A stretch of DNA of 57,974 nt, the filler included, from Catajapyx aquilonaris (taxonomy: Eukaryota), in assembly GCA_000934665.2 (NCBI GenBank). It is 2 parts of 2 records of this genome, joined end to end, with 100 filler letters (N's around TTAATTAATTAA, not from the genome) between each part and the next. Parts side by side here need not be neighbours in the genome. Positions count along the whole stretch, not along the records: positions 29,133 to 57,974 come from JYFJ02004835.1; 1 more part is not named here. The stretch is one strand, 5' to 3'. The translations under genes were made by a program, and so were the position numbers. Under the pieces are notes generated by a model. The model searched no databases. It had not been told where the DNA came from and worked only from the letters and a program-made list of their open reading frames with translations. Below are positions 34,644 through 46,483 of this stretch, in pieces. Within the stretch, counting starts at the first letter, position 1, and each line of letters opens with the position of its first letter.

Positions 34644-35823
34644 GTCGTACACTTACGAAACTCAATGCACAGGGGGTCTGCTACTAGTATTAGCAGAACC
34701 CCCCTTTTTTTTGCACCAACTAAAATTCGCAATTCAATATTTATTCGTCGATGTGGAAGTCCTGACGCCATGCAGGTACCAGCGTCTCGATGCGACACCT
34801 CCAGACGACTAAAATGATTATAGCATGTGGCTCTCGCTGATGATGGGGCTGCCCCGTTTCCAAGCCTGGATCCTGCGCCCTTTGCCTTAGGTTGCCTAGC
34901 AACAACTGCGGGGGCGTTAGAGAGACGGGGGTGTGTGGGGGACTACGAGGGTTGGAAGGCTGCTGGGTTCCGAGCTTTAGAGACGCACACACACTAGTGA
35001 GAGAGAGAGGGACAGAGAAGCATCGGGGCTGCTGCGACCTTGTCATAAAGCGGCGTGTTTGACGTGTGCTGTCATATAGGGTCGCGCTTTTGTGTTTTCG
35101 ACCAGGGGTAGGCAACCGGTTAGTGTACAGTGTGTTGTGCAGGTTTGGTTGGGTCGGATGGAAGGTGCGTCGTTGGACCACGAGGTCACCACGTCTGGGA
35201 TCGTCAGCTGGCCTGCTGTTGTCGACACGCGTGGCCCCGACTACTGTGTCAGGTCAGGAGCCTATCAATTCATACACGATCATTGAGCAGAGCTATGCAC
35301 AAGGATTGCTCACCCCACCAACCGGTGCACAAACGCGCTGGTTACGGGGATAAACAATCCTTGACCTGTACTTCGTCTTGAACAGTACAAGTGACTGTTG
35401 CTAAACGCGTGTCAATGCGGCATGAGGAAGTCATTTGCATGAGTGACGTCACTTTCGAGCCGAGGAGATTTAAAAAAAAAGTATGTAGGGAAAGGTCTTT
35501 GATGGGTGGTTTTTTTTGTGGAAGTCAAGGGCGGATATTTATCAGGGACACCACCAATAGACGGGGCACGTGGCCAAGGAAGTTGACCTCCGGGGTCATG
35601 AACGTGATTCTGTGCGGGGCATCCGGCTGGAATCGTACAATGGGAAAAAAAGGTAGAGGAAGAATGGCGAAAATGCGACCCGGGGTCACACTATTGACCT
35701 GATTAGATATTACGACGTGTATATAGGTATCCCATTATCTGATTCTGGTTTGAATGTGTATCATTGTGTGGAAAAGACGGCGCATTGCAACTGTGCAGTG
35801 TAATTGTGAACCGAATCAGCTGT

Positions 35824-35899
35824 AATTGTTCACCCTGGAAATTTCCTGGTTTTCCTTAATAATTAAGCGAAAACCAGGAAATTTCTAGGGTGAACAATT
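35824..35899. repeat. Near-perfect 76-nt inverted repeat
   Basis: AATTGTTCACCCTGGAAATTTCCTGGTTTTC ... GAAAACCAGGAAATTTCTAGGGTGAACAATT. Confidence 0.85.
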
Positions 35900-38800
35900 C
35901 GTCATTTCTCTCTTAGTTTCCCGCCTCTTGGGTAGTCGAAACAAACCTTTGCTCTAGCTGCCATGTGAAATATTTAATCGCTGCTGTGTCTTGCGAGGGT
36001 TTTAAAATTTTGATTTTGAGATGTGGTCGTTCCGGCAGTAGCCTACAGTGCTGTACTTTGCCGAAGCGATATTTGCAGTGAAAGTTGATCGAGCGCACTT
36101 TGAAGCGACCGCAACGTTAGTTTGTGCACTGTACGTCGTAAGGAAAAGTTTAGAGGTATAGTGTATACACCGTATAGTGTACTGCGGCAAAAAGTGCGCT
36201 GTACGTAAGACTAGCGCAACAATGTAACAGCAATATACATACGCAATCATTGCGTATAGTGTACCGTACTTCCAGCGAAAGTTGTTCGCAAAATAACCAA
36301 TATGCAAATATTTGGTGTAACGTGACACTTAATTTTTCAATATATGACAGCATAATTAATGTGATATAAGAATGTAATGTAATGAATAGTACAGTATCGT
36401 ATCTATATTTTAGAAGTTTGTGGGTTTGTTTGTAATGCAATATGAATATGTCAATATGATTTTATGAAGATTGCTTCATTATTACGTAAAGTATGTGTAC
36501 TGTTTTCACGCATGGAGCGACAATGCCGTAATTGGACATGTTTTTATTCTGCAGTGTGTGTGACTTCGACTGTATACAGTGTAAATCCATCGCCCCTTGT
36601 TTCTCTCGCGATTTTATTGACCAATTGAGGGTCCAAAGACCTCCGCGAATTATTAAGATCCAACGCAACCGTTTGACCTCCGAATATATTAATAATAAAA
36701 AATCGGCTGGAAATGTAATAAGATAAAAAAAAAGTAAGGGAGCATTGCGCTTGCCAATGATCCTTCCCCCCTCCCACAACCTCAGTTATATGTGTCATCC
36801 GTTCCACATATTAGCGGATCCCACTGCACGAACCAATGGGCAGGATGTCGCCACAGCAGAGCCAGACACACACTCACATGTGCGAAATCTCCTCTAGGAA
36901 TTTCCAGTCTGGCAGCCTAGACTGCGTGCATATGTTGTTCACCAGAAGGGACTGAGGGTGTATTTTTAAATCCCCGCTACACACAAGTCGGTTTTTGTTG
37001 CGAGACTCTGAGACGCGGCTCATGGGGAAGTGCGTGGGTGTCGAGATACACATGTTGGGCTCGACATGCGGTTTTCTCGGAAAGGGTTTTCTGCACGTGT
37101 GATATATGGCGACCCAGGGTCGAAGGGCCTGGCTGCAAGAGGTTTCATAATGATGATGACTAACTCGTGTGGGGGTGAGCTTCTGGACGCCCTTAGGTGT
37201 CATTTGGTAGCCACATCCTTCTCCTTAGGGACCAGGATAATGAGCTTCAAACGCATTAAATATCCTGACAGGTATGCGTCCCTCTTCGCTGCTTTTTATT
37301 CGAGTCAGTACACCTTGTAAAATATGTGACATGTAATAATCACACATACTTCAATCATTCATTAGGTGAACTGAGAGGAAGTTTCTGTTACTGGACATTA
37401 ATGACGTACTGGGGGCTCCAATAGCCGATGGAGGCAAAAGAGCGAATCGATTCGCTCGTTTGCAGCCAACGGCTCATGACGCCACCAGCACTGTGCATAA
37501 AATGCTGTCTACTTTTTGTGTAAGGGATATTACCTGCAATGTTAACCGCAGTCCGTTTGTGCTCCAGTATATGTAACAAAAATTCTTTTTGAGGAGACCG
37601 CATCATNCCCCTTTTAGAAAACACACACACACATTCTCGTCAGGAGACAGAAAAAAAGAGAATAAGTGATTAAGGGAAGAGGGCAGAAAAAAATTGCACT
37701 AGTTGGTTTTGAGGGGAAATCGTCCCTACATATCCCGGCATTTTCCTTTTCCCCCCCAAAACTCGAATCGTCGCAACAAACAGATTTATGAGAATAAATT
37801 ATGTTAATTCCCCCCCGGCAAATCTGTACATTATGCAGATGGGCAGGGGGACGAGATGTTTACACGGGTCGGGAATGAATTTCAGGGCGCAGTTTCCTGG
37901 AGAGAAAGGACTTGCCGTTCGGCACCCAATTTGCGCCCAAGAAAAGGGAAATAGTTTGGAAACTGGTCCCCCCCTCCCATCCTACCAGCCATCTCTTTCT
38001 ATTTCTTCCAAGTGTCATCCTCTCCAAGAGTCAAAGACCTCATTTCCATTCATTATTCTTCTTCGGGACCCAAGCCCAGTGAGCCAACTCAATTTTGCCC
38101 CCGCGTATTTTAATGGAGATCCCCTCCCCCCACCAGTTTTGCATTGTAGATGAAGTATTTCCCAGCAGATAAGCGGGATAAGTGAAACACCCCCCCTCCT
38201 CCTGTCCCAGCAATAGCTCAGTTCTTTTTTTTTTTCAGGCGTGGTTTTCTGGGAGGCTGGATCAGATGGGTTTGTTCGTCGCTCTTGTTTATGGGCAGTT
38301 GCGTCCCCTGTGCTAATAATTCCACCGCCAACACCACACAAACCCAACTAGTCCACCCCTACCATTCAGGACCCATTAAATGCTTGGCCGATTGCAGCGG
38401 GGGTTTGGGGGAGGAATCATTTCTTCGTGACTTCCCCCAGCAACACCCTAGCCTGCTTTTGCTAGAGGCTCGTGGGGTGGAAAGTCCATCAAGGGTTTCA
38501 GGCATTAGGGAGAGGGACTGTCCAACCATGTATGGACCCGATTGGGTTCGAAAAATATTTGGTCGAATTGTGTTCAGATTCAAACAAAACAACATATCAC
38601 ATACAGAATAGTTAGTCAGACATTTCAATTGACTGCAGTTTTGAACCAATCCATTCACTTTGTAACAAACTGCACCAACTTTGCTGCAAGTACGCAGAAA
38701 TAAGTGCTGCTCGTGATTGATGAGTGTTGTCACCTGGGAATTGATTATGAATTTTCCATAAGCCATAGTGGGCCGATTGACGCCACAAGTGCGTCAGTGT

Positions 38801-40770
38801 CACACTCTCCCCTACTCCCCCCCCATCTCACTCGTCCATCAATATGCAAATGCGGTCCTCCAGGCTCCAGTAATAACTCGTTCCAAAGCATCCCCCCGTC
38901 GATAGCAACCCGGCCAGCCTAAATGCAAATATTAATGCGAGTATGATTGTGTACTACGTGCTGTCCATTCCTCCCCGTCTGTAAAAGCAACCAAAATTTT
39001 TACCCTGCACTGGGGGATCCTTTCCGGCCACAAAATGAGTGGGTGGGTGGGAGCTCCACGGAATTAATTAATTAAATTCTGCACCCTGCGACTCGCCTGA
39101 TATTTCGAGCCTTGCCCACAAAAGTCCAAACCTGTTCAACTAGCTCCCCCTGTAGGCATCAAACACGTGCCATTCGGTCCAATAATTCAGGGGCCATTAC
39201 ATGTGGACATTGGCTCTCAGGGGACGTTACTCATGTATATGTGAGCTGAACTTTGCAATGTGGGTTGGAGAGAAAAAAAGGGGGGGGGGGACTCTGAAGG
39301 TTTGCGGTTTTGGTTTTTTTTTGCGGGAAGTTTCTGCTGGTTGGCTTTTCGTGGAGAAGCTCGGGTCGTGTTTCAGGCGAAGACGATGAGACGAGCTCTT
39401 GAGAGGGAAACCTTGCTCTTTGCTGAGGAGTCGCCGACGGGATCTCGTTGCCTGCACACGACGGAAGATGCGGTTTTCAGCCTTTTTTTTTGGAAAGCGA
39501 AACCTGAGACAACGAAGTCTACTCGAAAAGTTAGAAAACGGAAATCTTTGTTGGGCAACATCCGGGGGGGAAAAAAGTACGTGGTTTTGTCTCAATGATG
39601 TGGCAAGGGTTTCGTCAGGAATAATTCGCCCGATATTATGGATCCGAGTCACTTTTTGACCAAATTTACGCAAGATAGATAACTCCTGCTCTCTGGAGTA
39701 TCCGTGACTTTCTGATTATGGTGAACTTGTATGTCTGCGGTTCAAGATTCTCCCTCTTGGGTTCCAGCCTCCGCGGTTCGTTTGCCGATGGGTCGTAATG
39801 TATGCGTCGCAATCGGAGTTGAAGGGGTTGTATAGTGGAGGGGGTGTGCTACTAAAAGCAATCCCGCAAAGTAAGTGGGAGTGTTGAATCAGTAGCTTCA
39901 TCTGCTTTCAAACCAGGTTAGATAGGGGGTGGAATTCCATCATTTCAGTCCGGCAGACTATAACTGCGTGTGCGGTGCGTGTGTGCGTTGAGAAGGGAAA
40001 TGGAGTTGGGTGGATGAATGTGTGTGTGTGTGTTACAAGCCACAAGTCCCCAATTCCCAGCCCTGATATACGTAGAGTGCGAGCTTGCATAGTGAAGAGA
40101 GCCCGAGCTGGCTGGGAGTTCATGAGGCGACCCAACTTGATTTCCGCACAATTCCCACCCTCCATTTGGCATTCATGATTGACACAATAATGCAGGGTTT
40201 CTGATGTTGAAGCTCCACATCCCAGGGTTGGGAGAGGAGGAGGGGGAAAAAAATCGGGAATCGAATATTCCCCTCTGGCGCCGACTTTGGCCCCGGTTTG
40301 TTCTCTGGATGCTGCGTCACAGATGCCATTTTCTGTAGGCTACACACTCCGGGTTAAGTAATCCCATCCAGGGGATGTCGGCAGCCTCCTTTCATTTCCA
40401 CCCTGTACAACCCAGGGCTGAAAGGCAAATCCAATAAAACGCTATACTCTTTGCTAAACCCAAGGATTTATAATGTATATATCCTCCAGCTCACTTGCAC
40501 TTGCTTTGGGTCGCTTCCAATGCGTCGGACGTGATGACTTTTGCAGGTGCGTTTGGGGGATACCGCAGCACTCGGCTGGACCTTGCTGGATTTATACACG
40601 GTTCGGTGGCTTTGAGGGGACTGACGACTTGAATTAAAACGATGCAGTCCTTTTGCAAAAGGATGGTTCTAACTTAAATCGAGCTCTCAGAGTGTCAGTA
40701 CAGCTAGGAGCACAACTTGCTGGACAATCGACACTGTATAGTAGCGGAGCATGTTTTCATATGGTAATGA

Positions 40771-41139
40771 CAGGGAGCATAATATACTACATAAGAAGCG
40801 CAAACATTAAATTTCCGCGTCTCTCTGTTTGCGGCGCTGCCAAGGCTGGCGGCCATTTTGAAGTGTGGGGAACGCCAACGAGGTATAAATAGGGTACAGG
40901 CAAAAATAGGGTCCGCCATCTTGGATTCGGCGCCTATTCTTGCCTTGTAGTTGCCATGGCCGCCAAAACCAACAAAGATGGCGGACCCTATTTTTGCCTG
41001 TACCCTATTTATACCTCGTTGGCGTTCCCCACACTTCAAAATGGCCGCCAGCCTTGGCAACGGCCCCAAACAGAGAGACGCGAACATCAAAGGTGCCGAC
41101 AGAAGTTTGCGCCTCTTATGTTATAGTATATGCTCCCTG
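40771..41139. mobile_element. MITE family A, copy 3
   Basis: TIRs as in copy 1; perfect 7-bp TSD GTAATGA (40764-40770 / 41140-41146). Confidence 0.88.
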
Positions 41140-44100
41140 GTAATGAAATCAACAACAATCAAGCGGTTTTTTAATGTCCTGGACAAACAGACAAACGTTC
41201 CTTCATATATTATGTAAGACAAGGTGTGGAGGGGAAGGCAGGAGAGCCATCTGTGGTGTGCTAACAATTTCAGCAGATGAGAAACCTAAACCACAAACAA
41301 AAAAAACACTAAATTTTAGGTATTTAGACTCAAAAAAGTGCGGTTTACGGACTTTTCTCCTCAATCAGCGGCACGTAGTCCATAAATGTGCCAAGTTTTA
41401 GCGCACTCAGTAGTCCGGAAGTGGGTTAGGTAATCCGGACAAACATACATACCAACAACCTTTGCCGTTTATACTACGAGAGATGTTTGCTTAACAATGT
41501 GCGTGATATACAGACGAGATAATTTTAGTGTTTGTGTTTGAAACGAAGGGGTTTAATGTGCTCGAAAAAGTCTTTTGTGACAACAAATTTAAGCTGATTT
41601 GTCGTGACTATATGAGCAAACCAGTGTGCAAATCCTCTCATGCTCAGATATTTGCGGTGGGAGGAAAAAAAACGCGCGATTTTTTTCCTGCCCAAATCCG
41701 CTGTTGCGAACTAGTTAGATGAAGAATTTTTTTTTTGTAGGGGGTGGGGGGGGGGGGGNGGGGGGGGGTGTGACAGCTCAAATTCAATCTGCGAACTTTG
41801 TCGCGCTCGAGAGGTCCAAAATGCAACATTTTGCGTGCAAAGTTGGCTTTGTATCGCTTGCCAAAATTTTTACCAAAAAAAAATCAGATTACGAAGAGCG
41901 ATGTTGCCTGCACTAATTGAATTTCAATACTAAACTATTTTTTTTTGTATATTACGATCTTGTTTCGCAAATTTTTAAATTCTCATCCTGTGGGATGGTT
42001 CCCTCGTTTTCAATTATGAATTTGGCCAACGGGTATGGACCAATCGCTATTTTTGGCGCGTCATTTATGGTCCCCCGACACCATTGACGGCATTATTTAA
42101 ATTGGCTGTTAAAACATCGCAATTAATAGTTTTTGCGGGGGGGCGGTATGCATCAGCGGTGATTATCAGGGAATTAATTAAGAGGTGATGTGCGGTACCG
42201 ATAGTATTGGATTTTCCGATTGTCAGCGCGGTACGTTCGTTTTGATCATTATCACTTACTGGCCTTTGCTCCCGGCTGCACCTGAATGAATACATGAACG
42301 CCGCATTAAGCTCACTTTGTGTTCATAAACGCTGGCTTGGTTCAAAAGTAATTGTTGCAGGCGTATATTATATTTTTAAAAAAATTTGCGAACTGCTGGG
42401 GAACAGGTGTGAAATTTCTCTCGCCATGGGCGAGTCGCTCCGCCATGCATGGGTGTAAAATGCTGGCATTGCCATGCGCAAAAATTTAGCGTGAACGACA
42501 CGTAGCTTTCAGGCGCTATTTAATTAACTGCCAGGTGCTATATATGAGACTGAAATGCCCCGCTGGTTGAAACTTAATGACACGACAAATAAGGACCGAA
42601 TGTCTATAGCGCAGCATAATAAAAATGTGCAAAAATAGTCGCCTTGATTGCATGTCAACAATGAGACCTACAAAAAATGTGCCCTGAATAGAACTGCCAA
42701 CAAGCCAAACCACAAGGTTTCATCAGCGAAGGTGTATAAATAATGTTATTTTGCACGGGCAAAACTGATAATGATACATTTGCACTCAGTACAATGCGGG
42801 TCTGACTGTAATATATTCGCGAATAATAATTTATTAGCACTGTACATCTTTTATATCAGTGCTGTTTTGAGAATAAATTTATAAACCTGTAGCCTATGCA
42901 GCTGTAATAATAATTTCGCGAATAAATAATTGCTCATATCTTATAAGCTCTGTGCCGCAATGGGGATTAAATTAATGTTTTCTTAGCTGTACGTATATAG
43001 GAATTTTCAGCCAACCTAGCTGTGCATGAAGGGAAATGCACTGTGCAATAAAAAGAGGGTGAAATCTCCGGTATATATCCCACACGGGTGTAGTTTAGAA
43101 GAGACGAAGCCAGCCTGACTTTGGCTGATAGACATCCTCCCAAGGGGACGAATCATTCGCCGCAAAATGTACAGGGTGTCTCAAAGGTCTCAGTCCAAGA
43201 GGGAAAAAGATGATGCTCCATCAACTAGAAATGAGAATAATGATCACCTTGTAGTTGAACCGACCATCTTTTCGTACGTATTCCGAAGTGTTCCGAGAGA
43301 CTTCTTAATGAGACAGATAAGAGGGAAAGCAGAGAGAAAGTCTTAGAGAGGGGAGGGGGTGAGGGAAGTGTTCCTTGTGCTACCGACTCGACGAAATTAA
43401 ATGTTGGAAGTAGGTTGGGTGGGGTGGGGGGGAAGCAAGGCAGAGACTCGAAAATTATTTCAAACTTGTTCATCAGCAGCGAGAGGCGGTGACAAGACGT
43501 CTTCAAAACTTTCGGGGGTCTTTTCCTTCTCCACATTCTTTCTGGGGAACACTTGAAAAAAAAAAGTGCCCGTTCTTTTTTTTTCTGTCGAGTGTTAATC
43601 TCAGCCGGCTGTTTTCAAAACCAGGGTCGGTTGGCTTGTTAACGTTTGAAGGATGCGGTTTGTCTTGCCGATATATCCGTCAGCGAGAGAAGCAGATCTT
43701 CAACATGCAAAGTGGGGGTACTCAGAAGAATACTTGACGTAACTGATGTGCCTGCCAGTGACGTGGTTTAAATTAGCAAATCTTATGTGTTTAAACTAAT
43801 TGGGAATAACGATAAATAAATAAACTGTCAATAACACAAACCCAACACCACACTCCAAGAGGCCACTTTAGGGCCGAGTATTTACCACACTGAGGAATAA
43901 ATTTAATGAGAATCAACCACATTCATTTGTCGTGATTGTTCCTCTTCCTTTAAACTACTTTTTTCGCGGATAAGCAATCAAAAAATCATTCCGCCCTTCC
44001 GCCCTTCATGGACTGGGTGTTGGGACTTGGTATGCAGGATTCAACATACTTTGCAGTTTAAAACCTTCGGATTCCACAGCATCGCATGGTATACGATCGT

Positions 44101-46393
44101 ATCTGCTACCCGCAGTCCCCAAATCCATTAAAATTATCCTCGAGCGAATTATCCCACTAATGAAGGCCCGAGCTTAGGACTTGCTTGGTATATATCCCCG
44201 TGCAGCTCTTTATATAACTCATTGAGGAAAAATCGGTCAAAAGCAGTGCTCTTTTAATGGAAAACATCGGCCAAGAAACTTCGTCTACGACTAATATATA
44301 TAGGACATATTTTTCTCTCTATTAATTTTTTTTTACCTCCACCCTTCTATACAATTTTTTGGGGGGATCCAAAGTTCTCCCTAGGGATCGAGCAATCAGA
44401 CCAGTTGGAGGCTATGGGTTTCATATGCCTTTTCCCCTCCCCCCGGAAAAGCTAACGAAGTCAATTTTCGCGAAGTAGTTTCCTCCCTTGGCCCCCCCCT
44501 CCCCCGCTTTTCCCTGAAGTATATTAGCCCAAAGGAACTTGCCAGTTCATTACCATAAAACTTCTCATTTCGCATCGCCACGCGTAATGGCCATTAGCAG
44601 TTTAAGGGGGGGCTTTAAGGCTCGGGTGCACAATAAGAATTAGTGCAGGGAAAGGTCGTGAGGAACATGGGCTACAAGGCTATCGATCTGGGTGTGGGTT
44701 AGAGAGAACTAGGCCTGTGACCGGCAGTCTTTTCAAGTTTTATTTTTTTGTGCGGGGGGGTAGTAGCATCGCAGGGTTTCTGGTTACGACATGCCTCCTC
44801 TAACCTGGGTTAATGTTGCGACGAGCTCCCGTCGAGACGCCTCATTTAAGCGCGCAATTCGGACCAAACAACCCCTTCCTTTTTTCGTGGACGATGACTA
44901 GGAGCATGGGAGTGATGTGAGTTAAATAACTAACCATTTCTTCTATATTGTGTAGCCTGTTTTTAAAAATCACAGCGCTTCATTTCCTGCCGTGTAACTT
45001 ATGCAACCCTCCTTTCGAAAGCGTACCATGTATGAACACGCTTCACGTAACAACCTTACAGGAAGCCAATTAGTGCACTTTGCTTGATGCATCAATTGAT
45101 ATTATGCAGTTGGATTGTTGCCAGACTGATTGTGTACAGGTCTGAGTTTCAAAGGACTCTCTGGAGGTATCGTGTGGGTGTTTGTCGTTAGCAAGTTGGT
45201 AACAAGTAGACTACTTTGAAGGAGCCCATCCTCGCAGAATTCTAACTTGCCAATTTGCGACTGTAACGTCCGGATAAGAATGAAAAAGTTTGGCCTCAAA
45301 AACCTCACGGATTTTTTTTGAGGCATCAGGGATCAAGCTTGGTTAAAATTAGCAGTTAATTTGGTCAAATTGATCACTGAAAATGTCTATAGGCTTGAAC
45401 GAACAATTTTCATCCTAATAATCGCAGATAATATTATTGACAATTTCTTAATAAGCGGCTGATGAGAATATTTTGTGCACGGTAATATAATAACTGAATT
45501 CACAGGCCCAGTCGTATGCTATTTATTAAATATTTCACAAACATGGCTAGTATTATTAGATGCAAAGAGCGCAACATGCAAATTGCGAAATATGATGACC
45601 ACTTTACTTCTGGTCCAGTAGTTTGGTTATCAATTCGCGTGGAAAGCTTGTTGCTATATGGAAGCCTAATGTTACACAAAAATGTTTGATAACGATTTTA
45701 CGTCTCTGGTGTCCTTTGCTGGATGTCACTTTACACCGCATCGACTATAAGAGTATAGCCAAACTGGGCTGCTAATGGAGACACAATAACATCCGGTGAC
45801 ATGCACAAGAACCCCGGGGGAAAAAAAACTGATTGTTTGAAACAAATTACATGTTGCACTTAACGCTTCCTTAATTACCGCCATTAATTTCGATGATTGA
45901 GCTTTGGACTGGACTGATTAAATGCCTGTTGAAAGCCGTTGATTGATTGTTAGAAGACCTCGTTAAAAAGCTAAATGTGGCACATGATATACTTTTTACC
46001 AGATTGCTATTGCTGTAGTGACGAAACAGACAAGCGTTTCTTCTGCTTTTGCCATTTTTGTTGCAAATATCGGCTTGTAGACACCATAATGGACAGCTCG
46101 TCCCGTGCGAATAATATAGCAATGAAGCAGATATTCCTGTGCGTCACTGCAATGCTTGTTGGCCCGCTTTGATTGCGATTACACTCTTCTCGGGGAAACT
46201 GCCAGGCAATCCTGGAAGACAACGAGCCCAGCGGCACAATTAATTCATGGAGAGCAATGAATGCCTCACAGGCTCTGGAGTTGCTGGAGACCGCCTTCAT
46301 GCATCCGCCAGTAACTAGACTACTGGAAACAGCAACCAAGAGTCAGCCGAAATCAAGGCCTTTTAATGTGCCTAAAACGGATGATCAAATACA

Positions 46394-46483
46394 CAGGGTG
46401 TTTCATATAACGCCCTACGTCACAAATATAATCCTGCCTGCCATCGCTTTAAAGTTTGTCCCGAGTCATTATGAAACACCCTG
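46394..46483. mobile_element. Mini Tc1-like MITE
   Basis: TIRs CAGGGTGTTTCATA / TATGAAACACCCTG; flanks are CA/TG rather than TA. Confidence 0.5.

Noticed and set aside
34671..34712. Hairpin plus T-run resembling an intrinsic terminator
   Set aside because: Eukaryotic context with no upstream gene; function cannot be supported.
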